A stretch of 63,674 nucleotides of DNA, counting the filler, from Klebsormidium nitens (taxonomy: Eukaryota; Plantae; Klebsormidiophyceae), in the NCBI GenBank assembly GCA_000708835.1. It is 5 parts of 5 records of this genome, joined end to end, with 100 filler letters (N's around TTAATTAATTAA, not from the genome) between each part and the next. Parts side by side here need not be neighbours in the genome. Positions count along the whole stretch, not along the records: positions 1 to 30,009 come from DF237713.1; positions 30,110 to 42,055 come from DF238110.1; 3 more parts are not named here. The stretch is one strand, 5' to 3'. Position numbers and translations under genes: made by a program. This document shows positions 29,780-40,141 of the stretch, in pieces (the first letter of the stretch is position 1; every line of letters starts with the position of its first letter). Under the pieces are notes generated by a model. That model worked only from the letters and a program-made list of their open reading frames with translations, was not told the origin of the DNA and searched no databases.

Positions 29780-29962
29780 AGGCCGGCTCAAAAATGTTGG
29801 CAAAAGCTTGGACACTTGGACAGATTCTAAAGTTCGTACAATCAATTACATGGGATAGTTCTAGCATGTTCATTGACGTCATTGATATCTGAGGCCGGCT
29901 CAAAAATGTTGGCAAAAGCTCGGACACTTGGACAGATTCTAAAGTTCGTGCAATCAATTACA
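29780..29962. repeat. Two inverted copies of the same satellite core downstream of the helicase stop
   Basis: GGCCGGCTCAAAAATGTTGGCAAAAGCT(T/C)GGACACTTGGACA occurs twice and is the reverse complement of the intronic unit (TGTCC..GTGTCC..CTTTT.CCA...TTTTTGAGCCGGCC). Confidence 0.9.
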
Positions 29963-30009
29963 GACGAAAATACCTGATATGGCCGGATGAGAGCTGTGAA
30001 AGTCATCGG

Positions 30010-30109
30010 NNNNNNNNNNNNNNNNNNNNNNNNNNNNNNNNNNNNNNNNNNNNTTAATTAATTAANNNNNNNNNNNNNNNNNNNNNNNNNNNNNNNNNNN
30101 NNNNNNNNN
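30010..30109. other. Artificial contig linker
   Basis: 44 N + TTAATTAATTAA (stops in six frames) + 44 N. Confidence 0.97.
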
Positions 30110-30298
30110 CCAACCGTCACATCAACTATCAACAATCTGACCCAAATGTGTGCGCGCGCGACGAATCAGCTGGGTTGTATTGGGGCTGGATTGGGCAGCG
30201 TTCTGAATCCAATTTTCTGAACGAAAGACTGAACGAAATGATGCTCAGATCAGCAAGCAAGCAATTATCGGCGGCACCACCACAAATTAGACGACATC

Positions 30299-31507
30299 AT
30301 GAGTATCGTCAGAGACCAGGTTTTTGCTGGGCCTTGCACCGGTATCGTGCTAGATGCTCTGAATTGGTTGGACGAATTCTGGTCTTGGCAAGGCGCTCGG
30401 CAATCGCCATGGCAGGAGCTTGAAAGACTTGAAAGTAAAGTGAAACGCTTTGTGAATGCGGTCCGGGCTTCTGGCTTTCATGTGGTAGCCGTTGTGGACT
30501 CGGACACCAAGACCGAGGAGGCAGAGAGAAAATGGCATCATCGGCGCAACAGGGAAATGCGAACTGAAGAGAAGAAAATGGTCCTTGCAATCGACTCTTT
30601 CCTATCAGAGGCTCTCCGTAGGAACAGCGTCAGGGTTGTCCGGCCCCTTTCCGCAGATGCGGATGACGTCATTGCCTCACTCTCAGCGGTTGGTGGAGCA
30701 AGCACGTGTGTTTTGAGCAAAGACAGAGACTTCTTCAGGTACAAGCCAGCAGTCAGGGTGTGTGATGGATGGATAATTAAACAGGGGAGGCTGTTTCTGA
30801 GTCCTGCTACATCTCACCGCTCAAAAGCAATACCCAGGGTTGTGGACACATCGTTAGCAGAGACGAGTGTTGACGCTGACAGAGATGGTGAGAATAAGTA
30901 CAACCCTAGCATGCGTGGGGGTTGGATCATCCGCGGCTGTACTAGTTCATCGGACAAGAAGATGGGAAATCTACACAAAATTATCAGGCCCCTGCGAGCA
31001 GCTGTATATGCCAGGTTAGGGGAACAATCTGCCAAAGAGAAAATCCCTGAGTGGAATGAAGAAACGGATAGCGTCCGGTGGGTAGAGACCGTGGTAGCAG
31101 CTGATGCTTCTCTCGACGCTTTGCTCGACGATCCTGAGGCAGCCCTATCATGGATATTAGAACGAGAAGGGCCCGAGTGCGAGGAGCACTGGCGGAGGGT
31201 TGAACGTGCTTTCAACAGATGTGCTTTGGTGGCGGAGCTCTGTGCCACAGCCAGCGGGGGTTCCAAGTCCGCTCTTGATATTCAGAAGCTCTTTTCTGGG
31301 AGCATGCCACCCCTTTCGAAGGCAATGCATCCAACGTCTTCCCTCTTGGAGACGCCGTCGCCAACTCCTCCCCGCCTGCTGGAGACATCTCCTCCGACGT
31401 CATCCTTCTCGGAGAGGGCGCCGCTCTGCACCATGGCATCAGATAGCGCGTACAATGCTCCTACAGATAGGGTTAGGGTTAGGGTTTGTTTCTGTATTAT
31501 TTTGTGA
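30299..31507 (+). CDS. PIN-fold XPG/FEN1/Asteroid-like nuclease, 402 aa
   Basis: Acidic motifs VLDALN, VVDSD, ADADDVIA, VLSKDRDFF. Confidence 0.75.
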   Translation: MSIVRDQVFAGPCTGIVLDALNWLDEFWSWQGARQSPWQELERLESKVKRFVNAVRASGFHVVAVVDSDTKTEEAERKWHHRRNREMRTEEKKMVLAIDSFLSEALRRNSVRVVRPLSADADDVIASLSAVGGASTCVLSKDRDFFRYKPAVRVCDGWIIKQGRLFLSPATSHRSKAIPRVVDTSLAETSVDADRDGENKYNPSMRGGWIIRGCTSSSDKKMGNLHKIIRPLRAAVYARLGEQSAKEKIPEWNEETDSVRWVETVVAADASLDALLDDPEAALSWILEREGPECEEHWRRVERAFNRCALVAELCATASGGSKSALDIQKLFSGSMPPLSKAMHPTSSLLETPSPTPPRLLETSPPTSSFSERAPLCTMASDSAYNAPTDRVRVRVCFCIIL

Positions 31508-31616
31508 CATTCAGGAATTGTTGCCACCGAGCAGTCCGCAGAAGTCATGCGCGGCGTCGCCCACTCTTTGGCACCGGTTGCAGGGGGTGCGCAAACATCC
31601 GTGCCGCGCGTATTGA

Positions 31617-32336
31617 ATGCATGAAACAATATCAGCCCAGTGCAATATGGAACTAGCATGTACGGACTCTGAGTGGGCGCAGATATTGGTCGTTTCAGTA
31701 TCGCCGCGCCCACTCCAAGAATTGCTCACACCACTGTTCCCTGACATGTCCATGGAACGCATCAAACTCATCGACAATGTGTTGCTGGGATGGAGACTGG
31801 ACGATGCCGACGTATATAGGACATGGCGAAACAATGCCGATGAATGCCGTAGGCACGTTCAATCGTTGCACACATGGGGCGACATGTCACCAATAATTCA
31901 GCTCGCCAATCGACTGATCGCGATGTGTCCCAAAACTTCAATGACCCCTTGGATCAAACGTACTAGAAACTGTGGGAAGTACTATGCATGCCGCAACTCA
32001 GCGGGGTCTCTGTTTGCACAGATTCTGGGGCGCGTTTCAAACATCGTCTGTGCATTGTACATCTCGTCTCAGTTTGCAACTCTGCGGAAGAATGCAGTAC
32101 GACAGCAGCAGCTGGGAAACGGCTTTTGCCAATTCGAGGCACCACCTCCCAAACTCTCTCACCAGATGAAGCAAGATGCCATACGATTTGATCTTTCGAT
32201 CCAAGAAACGTTTGCGATGGGTGTAGAGTTTGGGAGCAAAGTGGGGTATTGCGAGACTGCTGCGCAGATGCAATACCTAAACGACCTGTTGAAAACTACT
32301 GAACTCTGGCTCAATGAAGTTGCCTCTACCAATTGA
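31617..32336 (+). CDS. Hypothetical protein, 239 aa
   Basis: Long ATG ORF with ordinary protein composition, co-oriented in a gene-dense segment; no motif recognised. Confidence 0.5.
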   Translation: MHETISAQCNMELACTDSEWAQILVVSVSPRPLQELLTPLFPDMSMERIKLIDNVLLGWRLDDADVYRTWRNNADECRRHVQSLHTWGDMSPIIQLANRLIAMCPKTSMTPWIKRTRNCGKYYACRNSAGSLFAQILGRVSNIVCALYISSQFATLRKNAVRQQQLGNGFCQFEAPPPKLSHQMKQDAIRFDLSIQETFAMGVEFGSKVGYCETAAQMQYLNDLLKTTELWLNEVASTN

Positions 32337-32695
32337 ATTATTTGACAGTCTCGCAATTGAAAACAATTGCTGGATGCTCCATTGCTCTCTAATTTGCCGC
32401 CAGGTGCACTTTGGTCAAGTCCCAAAGGTCCAAATTGCCTCTATACTCTGCGGGAACTCTAAAAATCCAATCGAGTCACAAGGTCCGTCCGATCTAACTA
32501 CTTTCCGGTCAGTCCATATGAACCGTCGATAAGCGGAAAAAACGAGTCACCACATGTAATACATTCACGTGAAACAAATCTAAACACCTTCGTACACACG
32601 TGGTTTCGACCGGCCGTCGCGAGGCATTTAAACGACGAAAACCTATCAAATGCCTCTGTTGGGCGTTCCAACCCACCAGTGTCATGATCTAAAGT

Positions 32696-34155
32696 GTGAG
32701 CAAGATGGCGCCCTTTCGGGTGAAGCATGTCTGGGACATGGTGGAGCTGCGCGGGTTGGCAAAGAGGCTGCCAAAGCCAGAGTGCATGAGCTTTTACGAT
32801 CCAGACGTGGTCAAGCGGCACGTGCCCGGATTGGAGAAGGTTCTGGAGAAGGCGCAGGCATTCAAGAAGCACTATGAGAATGGCAGGACTGAGACCTTCT
32901 TCGTGTATGATACGGAAGAGGGCAAAGTGTATGTGAGGGGGATTTGGGAGGCTAGATTCATGCACTTCCACCACCACATGCCCCGTGTTGCAGAGGATAA
33001 CACCTGCAACTATGAAGACTCTCACACGGCCCGCTTGGAGAGCGCACCCGTGCGCAACAGGGGCAGGAAGAGGAAGAATTCGGTGGTCATCTCGGACTCA
33101 GAGTCAGAGTATGAGGATGCGGTGGAGTTCATGGCGAGGTGTAGCAGGTGCAGCTCCCTGACAGAAGAGAAAACCATGGGGGTTCACGGGGATGTCAAGT
33201 TTTGCAAGGACTGCGTCTTGATCTGCGACCTGTGTCTGGAGAGCGAGCCTCTTCTGACCAACATGAGCGACCAGTGCGGCCATGCTCTGTGCGTCGAATG
33301 TGGGCATGGTCTCGCCAAGGGCATGCAGGAGGTGGGGCAGATTCCAGTCTGCCCTCTGTGCCACCTCGTAGTCCAGGACCGCAGCCTCCTGCCTCAGTTG
33401 GAGTGGAGCGTCCTGAAGGATCTGTGTGGCAAGGATGAGGCCTTGCTCGTGAACATCGACCGTATCATGTGGCGTCAGACGGCTGCAGCCGTGGGAGGGC
33501 GACCCTGTGAGTGCGGTGCGGTCGTCACCGGAGACATCACTGAGGACGACGAGTGCCCCAACTGCGGTGAGCTGCTGCTGGAAACGATGGAGCGGCGCGA
33601 GATGGTGGAGCACGACGCGGCCTTCCAGGAGGGTGCTAAGGCGGCCGGCGTCAGGTTCATCAGGTGCCCGTGTGGTTATGGTAAGCGGTGGACCACATAA
33701 AATCTTAGGTGCAATCAGAGTTGATGAGCTACAATATTGAAGCATCTGTCCAACTGCTACCGAACGGAAAAGTGCGAACGAGACGGCTGTCCTTCTGTGA
33801 GCAAGAGCGCCTTCTATCCAATCTCTTTGGGGATCGCCACCAGGACTTTAGTTGTGGTGGAATTGCCACCTGCTTTTTTGTGTGTGTTAGTTCTGCGACG
33901 AGAAACATAATACGTTTTGCCACTGTAGGTGATTGTTGTTGTTGATCATACGACAGATTTTCCCCCCTCCTTGCAGCGATCGAGAAGAACGGGGGCTGTA
34001 ATCATATTACTTGTACCAGGTGCAACACAGACCTCTGCTACCAGTGTTCCAAAGTTATCAAACACGATGAGGTGTCAGATCACTACAAGTCGGGCATGCC
34101 GTGCAGGCAGTTTGCCACCGCTGCCGCCTGGGACGAGGACGAGGACGAGGATTAG
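32696..34155 (+). CDS. RBR (RING-IBR-RING, Ariadne-like) E3 ubiquitin ligase, 2 exons
   Basis: RING1 CDLC...CGHALCVEC...CPLC; short IBR; intron 33681-33976 (GTAAGC...ttgcAG) gives RCPCGYA-IEKNGGCNHITCTRCNTDLCYQC, an Rcat motif with the catalytic Cys; stop at 34153-34155. Confidence 0.85.
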
Positions 34156-34256
34156 CGTGTAGATACGTAGCTGGCAGTTTGAGTGAGAGGGAGGACGAAC
34201 TGTACATAGGAGAATGGTCCGCTCGATCTGGGCGACCCGATTGTAATGGGGTCTAT

Positions 34257-34643
34257 TCAGTCATCAAAGTGCTCTCTTGGTCGCACCCTCTGCTTCGGTG
34301 GCTTCACTTGATCAATTCCGTGCAGTTCACAATATGGGACGCAGATATCCACCCTGCTGACCACGACGGCTGCTCTCTCGAATGCCCGTTGAACTATTCT
34401 CCAGTCGCATGCTCTGAAAATCTCGTGTTGAATGTGGTAGGCGTCGAGTAGGTGAAACGCAACCCTCTCAGCCATCAATGCATCGACGACGCCGACCAAA
34501 CACTCTATATCGAGAACGAACGCATATCTTCTTTGCACGTACATCCCTGGATTGGTTGAGTTGGTCATCCCCAGTTTCATCACGGTTGAATTAGGGGATT
34601 TTGCGCAATAAAGGAACCCAGATTTGATGGTGTCCGCTTCCAT
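34257..34643 (-). CDS. T5orf172/MUG113 (GIY-YIG-like) domain protein
   Basis: GFLYCAKS...MKLGMT...RY...AERVAFHLL...HEIF pattern. Confidence 0.75.
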   Translation of the reverse strand: MEADTIKSGFLYCAKSPNSTVMKLGMTNSTNPGMYVQRRYAFVLDIECLVGVVDALMAERVAFHLLDAYHIQHEIFRACDWRIVQRAFERAAVVVSRVDICVPYCELHGIDQVKPPKQRVRPREHFDD

Positions 34644-34740
34644 TCCTTTATCTTATGCAGACACATGATGTGTCCGTAAGCTTCAAACGCATTGCATCTT
34701 CTTGGTATCCGAGCATCATACATTTTTCTGAACATACGGA

Positions 34741-35028
34741 ATGAGTAGGTACTACATCGGTCCCTCCACCATACAGGGTCAGGGAATATTTGCTAGGAAA
34801 CCCTTGCCCGCTGGATCTTTCATCGGCGTTGCGATAAGCGGCAAGTCTATCACTCCTGAATTTGGTGCTTACGTAAATCATAGTTATCTTCCCTCTGCTC
34901 ATCTCCGGTCCAGGATGGGTCAGTGGGCGCTATATGCATCTCGCGACTTGGACGAAGACGAAGAAGTGACCGCGGACTACAACCTAGCCCCTCCCTTCAT
35001 CCAGGGGGCGAGAAGCACTTTCGTCTAG
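34741..35028 (+). CDS. Minimal SET-domain methyltransferase (vSET-like), 95 aa
   Basis: STIQGQGIFA, YVNHS, ASRDLDEDEEVTADY. Confidence 0.85.
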   Translation: MSRYYIGPSTIQGQGIFARKPLPAGSFIGVAISGKSITPEFGAYVNHSYLPSAHLRSRMGQWALYASRDLDEDEEVTADYNLAPPFIQGARSTFV

Positions 35029-35561
35029 GCCGCACTGTTCGCTGGAAATGGTATCTCCGAGCTCAGGATGCTGGGATACAGATGAAGCCCCTTGCCCTCT
35101 GGCAACTGTCGCCGCATGGCATCGAGACTCAAACTCATATCGTTTTGCAAACCGTCCATGAAGTATCTCAGCCTCGCTTCTGCGAGCACATCGTTTGGCA
35201 TCCACCTCTGGAGCTGCCAGAGTTTTTTCATGGCCCTGCTCGATTGTTCGAGGGCGTTTACGTACGTTTTTTCGCGCACACGTCTGCTAAAATCGTTCTC
35301 GCATGCCTCGAACTTTTTGATGGCGTCGGTGGCCTTGTCAAAGGATTCTGGCCCTCCAGAGCGCAGGCTAGGCGGGGGCAGTCCGCGGCGTTGGACTTCT
35401 TCCTCAGGAGGTTGCAGGCTGTCTATAAACTTTGGCGCATGATAGAGGAAAATCAGGATGAGAATTGCATGCAGTATAAAGTGCAGCTGAACATTCATCA
35501 GCTTACTTTTTGCTTGCATTTTTTCTGCAAGTATGAGAATGAACGAAACACTACTGGTCAT
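35025..35561 (-). CDS. Hypothetical protein with N-terminal hydrophobic segment
   Basis: 178-aa ORF, FILHAILILIFLY followed by a helical soluble region. Confidence 0.5.
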   Translation of the reverse strand: MTSSVSFILILAEKMQAKSKLMNVQLHFILHAILILIFLYHAPKFIDSLQPPEEEVQRRGLPPPSLRSGGPESFDKATDAIKKFEACENDFSRRVREKTYVNALEQSSRAMKKLWQLQRWMPNDVLAEARLRYFMDGLQNDMSLSLDAMRRQLPEGKGLHLYPSILSSEIPFPANSAA

Positions 35562-35913
35562 AGCTGCAGCGTCGGCAAACTTCTTCTTCCAGTATCAGCT
35601 CTTTGATTACACTAAGAAAGGTACCCCAAGGTATGGAGATTGGCGACGGAAACTGTTTGTTTTGTACTACAGCCTGTCCGCTCTGGTCGCTTCCTACTTT
35701 GCATTCGTATTCTTTCAAACGAACACCCCCCTCTTTCTTCTTTGCGTTCTCGTCGCCGTCTTATCTCTCGTACCTCTGAGTTTTTTTGCAGAGGGACGGG
35801 CCGAATGGGACGCAACGTCGTCACATGATTGGCGCCATAGATTATCCCACGGGGTGGCGTTGTTGAATATGGGGTTGATCATCCTGTCCACGATCATGAA
35901 AGTGAGTGTGTGA
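35533..35913 (+). CDS. Small multi-pass membrane protein, 126 aa
   Basis: About four hydrophobic segments separated by basic residues. Confidence 0.55.
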   Translation: MRMNETLLVIAAASANFFFQYQLFDYTKKGTPRYGDWRRKLFVLYYSLSALVASYFAFVFFQTNTPLFLLCVLVAVLSLVPLSFFAEGRAEWDATSSHDWRHRLSHGVALLNMGLIILSTIMKVSV

Positions 35914-35964
35914 TCGTCATCCTCATCGTCCTAATCGTAGAAAATATATTGGCTTAGTCTAGAC

Positions 35965-37805
35965 ATGCGCCGTTGCAAATGTACTACCGTACGTGGACAG
36001 CGCTGCAAAAATGCAGTGGCAGGAGCGAGGAGTGAATTCTGCCATGTTCACAGACAATGTGCAAATGTCAGCAACGACAAGCAGGGCTGCTTTCAGTGCA
36101 AGTGCATGACGTTGCAGGGGGTTCGATGCCGTAGGTTGGTGCTCTCAGCCGCATCTCTCTGCTACCAACACACGAAACGATGCAGCGTGTTGCTCTCAAA
36201 GATGAGGGCTCCGCGGAAAAAGAGCCCCATCAAACTCCTGGAATGGAAGCCCGTGTCTCCGATTCGACTAGGATGGAAAGAGACGAGAGCATCCCCGATC
36301 AGGCTTCCATGGAAGAAGGAGAGATCTCCATCGCGAATTGGGTGGCGGGAGAATGGATCACGCACGAGTGCAACCAAAGCGGTGAAAGGAAAGAGTCCCC
36401 ATAAACTCCTGGAATGGAAACCCGTGTCTCCGATTAGACTAGGATGGAAAGCGCCGAGAGAATCCCCGATCAGGCTTCCATGGAAGAAGGAGAGATATCC
36501 ATTGCGAATTGGGTGGCGAAGGGATGGATCACCTCCACTCGAATTCGACGACAGGTTCTGGAAGGACCAGATGGCCATACGGAAGGCTCGCATTCTCGAG
36601 GCGTCCAGAGCCAAAGCGGCGTCGGGAGGAAAGAGCCCGCTTAAACTCCTGGAGNNNNNNNNNNNNNNNNNNNNCACTCTTCAAGTGCAAACACGAAAGC
36701 AGTCAACAGTGTGCTAGGTGACTTGGTGGGATCAATCTCGGGGGCTGCAAAAGCGGCAGCAGATAACGCGAAAAGGGCCATCAATCTGGCGTCTACCCCA
36801 ACAGAGTTGAATCATGCGATCTCTGCCAACCGTCATGCCACAGCTGCCCTCGAGGCTGCGACTAACGGACAGAATATGAAGGCGGTCAACCATGTCAAGG
36901 AGACTGAAGCGCATCTGAACGTGGGCAGCCCTCATTCGGATGAGTGCAAACGGCTCCTCACAGAGCTAGGCTTTATGGGGCCCGGCGTGAGCAAAAGGAA
37001 AGGTGCGTCCAGCTTCAGACGCTGGGCTCTGTCTCATCACCCAAAAAGAGGTGGAGATGCGAACCTGTTTGCGAGGGTCAACGCTTGCTATTGGTCCACG
37101 ACCGTGCCTGCGAAGGCGGCGCCGAGATCAAGGAAGAAAGCGTCGGCCGGAATCATAATTCACCATATCAAGGGCTTATACGAGCGCCAGAGAGCCGAGA
37201 ACGAGGCGCGGCACAAGTCCGAGTTGGATGCAAGGGATGCAAAGCTACTGGCAGAGATAGAGCGTCTCAGGCGGGAGAGGCCAGCGCCGGCGCCTCTGGC
37301 AGGAGGTCCTCCGCCGCCGCCTCCTCCTGGTGGTCGAGGAGGTCCTCCACCGCCGCCTCCTCCTGGTGGTCGAGGAGGTCCTCCACCGCCGCCACCACCG
37401 CCTGGTGGTTTTCAGATGGGTGGTGCAGCGGTGGGACCGGTTGCAAAGCTGTTCAAGGACTTGGGGTACTCTGTGCCCGAAGCAAAGAAGCTGGCTGCCG
37501 TGATCAAGGAAAGCGCCCCCTTTAAGGACGTCCCAAGCGAGGAGGAGATCGTGACCGACTATGCACCACAACTCCGCTGGGCGGTAGATTCTCTTGTGTA
37601 CCTGAACAAGGGACTCGTTGCCACGGAGCCCCTCTTTGACAAGAGGTTGGCTGCATACAAGGGGCATTTCTCGAGAGCCAAGGTGACGCAAGCCATTGGG
37701 AACGCTAACGTTGCAAAGGTGCGCGATGGGATGAAGGCATCTTTGCAGAAGGCGCAGCATATGAAAGCACTGCAGGACGCTCTCGCCCGTCGAAGAGTCG
37801 ACTGA
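35965..37805 (+). CDS. Probably one protein across a 20-N gap: two Cys/His Zn modules, basic SP/W repeats, degenerate J-like motif, coiled coil, polyproline-RGG tract
   Basis: C-x-C-x-T-x2-G-x-RC...C-x2-H twice; 171-bp duplication at 36220/36391; the frame of the 36711 ORF is open back to the gap at 36675; RRWALSHHPKRGGD; (GGPPPPPPPGGR) repeats. Confidence 0.7.
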
Positions 37806-37935
37806 AACGCTTTGATCACATCCGGGCGCGCGTACGCCCGCAGTGCGCCGGCGGCCTCCTGCTACAGTCGTCGCACACTGGGCGATGACAGTCGCACAAA
37901 GTCAAGGAAAAACTTTGTCCCATGAGTTGTATCAA

Positions 37936-39054
37936 TCATGCCCGAGCAAAGTTAGGCACCGAGTAGGGTTGAACTAGCTCCACGCTCGACCAGCTGGGTA
38001 TCTGCCCGTACGTACCCTCCGCGCTCGTCCAGTTGGTGTCTGTCCCTATCTCGGGAAGACAGGCTGAGTTCGAATCTTGGACCATTGTAAATGCCTGCAG
38101 TAGTAACTGATCCCGGTCGAACATCATCCCGACAAGGCGGCCTTCCGGAGCCTTCAGCGTGTTTCTCAAACGCACCAACCTATCTCGTAGTCGTTGAGAT
38201 AGCTGCACGGTTGGTCCGTTGTAGACCATAGTGCAAATGCACAGCAGGAGTTGTGAAGCGGCTCCCACGATTAGGTCGTCTTCTTCATTTTCGTCGATAA
38301 TAGCTTGTAAACGCACGATGGTGGTTGCTCTTTGTTCTGTCTGCTCATCGCACCTCATCAGCACGCGCTCTCTGCTTATCTTGCTCACGGCGCGGCTCAC
38401 GGCCAACCAATGAGAAGTCGAACTGATATCCCGCATCTGCGCGACGACGGTGCATATTGTCGTCAATTTGTGCTTGGGATTGTCGCCAACGCAACAGAGC
38501 ACTTCGCCGGCTTGTTGTTCGAAGCGAGGTTGAGACGAACAACGAACGAGAATGCCCACCAGCTGATCTAAATAGGGAGATACGTCGACGGCGGTATGAA
38601 CATTCTTCGGACGTTGCGCACCTGCATCCTTGTCGAGACACTTGGCCAACGTCGCGAGCATCTCAGGGGAGACCGAATGAGTCTCGAGGTGGGCAAGTGC
38701 GATGACGAACGGCCTGATAATTCGTCCCTTGACAAAAGCCTCGTTCGATGACAGGAATGTCGCGGTCGCTCGACTCGAGTTCTCCGCCAAGTATTCCAGA
38801 GCCAACAGAGGTTTTTCGTTTTTCCAAGGGATCCTATGACATAGTTGCAGCACCCTGCGTATCACATCCAGAGAATATCGTCCTTGACGAGTAGGTACGT
38901 CGTGCTGATCAAAGTCTGCATTGAGCTCGATGCTTGCAATATACTGTGTGGTCGCTTTCAGTATTCCACTGGAATGAGCTGCCTCGACCCAAGCTTTGAG
39001 ACACCAAAGCGGCCAGCGTGGTGGCGTACACAGATTCATTTTGTACCATACCAT
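37936..39054 (-). CDS. Hypothetical helical protein, 372 aa
   Basis: Long intronless ATG ORF, Leu/Val-rich helical pattern (possibly ARM-like); no motif confidently recognised. Confidence 0.6.
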   Translation of the reverse strand: MVWYKMNLCTPPRWPLWCLKAWVEAAHSSGILKATTQYIASIELNADFDQHDVPTRQGRYSLDVIRRVLQLCHRIPWKNEKPLLALEYLAENSSRATATFLSSNEAFVKGRIIRPFVIALAHLETHSVSPEMLATLAKCLDKDAGAQRPKNVHTAVDVSPYLDQLVGILVRCSSQPRFEQQAGEVLCCVGDNPKHKLTTICTVVAQMRDISSTSHWLAVSRAVSKISRERVLMRCDEQTEQRATTIVRLQAIIDENEEDDLIVGAASQLLLCICTMVYNGPTVQLSQRLRDRLVRLRNTLKAPEGRLVGMMFDRDQLLLQAFTMVQDSNSACLPEIGTDTNWTSAEGTYGQIPSWSSVELVQPYSVPNFARA

Positions 39055-39172
39055 ATGATTGGCTGAACTCAGTCATGAGATTATCCTACATTATCAGACG
39101 CGCCCCATATCGTGTTGCCGAATGGCGTGCAGAAATCGGGTCAAGAAAAATGGTTGGCATCCTGTAACATGT

Positions 39173-40141
39173 CTACGACTCGCTACTCTCGTCTGCGTAT
39201 TGCCACCCCCAACCGGCTGCAAAGAGCCCGTGGCCTCCTGCTACACTGCCGATGTTGCACGCAGAGATCCCGACGATCTCTGCTGCCTCCGCTATGGTGC
39301 CAAATACGGCCAATTGCTCTCCGGTGATCGGATCCAGCTGGATGACGCTACGATTGGTCGTCTTATTCCTGCCTTGTTCCGTCGGAGTGGCCCAGCGCAG
39401 GTTCTCGACGCGGTTGTCCGCTTTGTCTCCGTTGATGTGGTCCGGAGATGCTTGGAAGATGGAGGGGGGTCGAGGAAGGTCCTCCCGATGACGTCGTGGA
39501 CCCTGAGGTCCCTCAACTTCTTATCGATCGTGGCCCTGAATGCTTTGTAGCCATGCAGGTCTCTGCCGTAGCTCCGTCTCCCCCGCGAGTCTTGGATCCT
39601 ACCGCGGTCGCTCGCCTGGGTCTTTGGAAGCAGGCCCCAGCTGCTGACGGCCTCCAGCCACCTCTCGCCAGGAAGGTCGGCCTGCTCGGCCAGGTGCTCT
39701 GGTGTATATGAAAAACCGTAGTCGCGCCTGATCGTCTCTCCCTTCAGAGACCTTTCGACGAGTCCGTGATTGATTCCGAGCGCTTTGACGGCTGCATTCA
39801 CCGAATCGAACCGGGTCTCGTCTCCGGTGTGTGCATGGCGCGCGATGATGGGAGTTCCGAGGGTGATCCCGCACTTCTTGCCCGAGTCAGGGTTATCCGC
39901 GGCCGTCTTGCGATTGTGATCCGGCCTCGTGAGCTCCTGGAGGTTGGCCCAGTCGTCACCACCACCCTTCTCGATCGGGAGGATGTGGTCGCACTCCATC
40001 GCCTCCCCGATGTCGCGGCCGAGGGAGAGCGACAGGTTGAAGCGGGACCTCTTGACCAACTTCCTGTCAATTTTGATGTAGCTGTAGCCGTCAGGGAGCA
40101 CGGTCCCTTTGAGGACTCTGCCGGACTTGGCACTCCAAACC
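39173..40141 (-). pseudogene. Double HNH-NUMOD homing-type endonuclease, 5'-interrupted by IS607 and frameshifted
   Basis: VWSAKSGRVLKG, ECDHI...DDWANLQEL, RFDSVNAAVKALG; after a frameshift near 39450 the frame reads SPDHINGDKADNRVENLRWAT...VIQLD...FGTIAEAAE...WGWQY and stops at 39173. Confidence 0.85.

Noticed and set aside
29548-30299. Primase-helicase as part of the adjacent viral segment
   Set aside because: An artificial linker separates them; adjacency follows contig size order.
39059-39550. 163-aa plus-strand ORF
   Set aside because: Antisense shadow of the frameshifted HNH 3' half.
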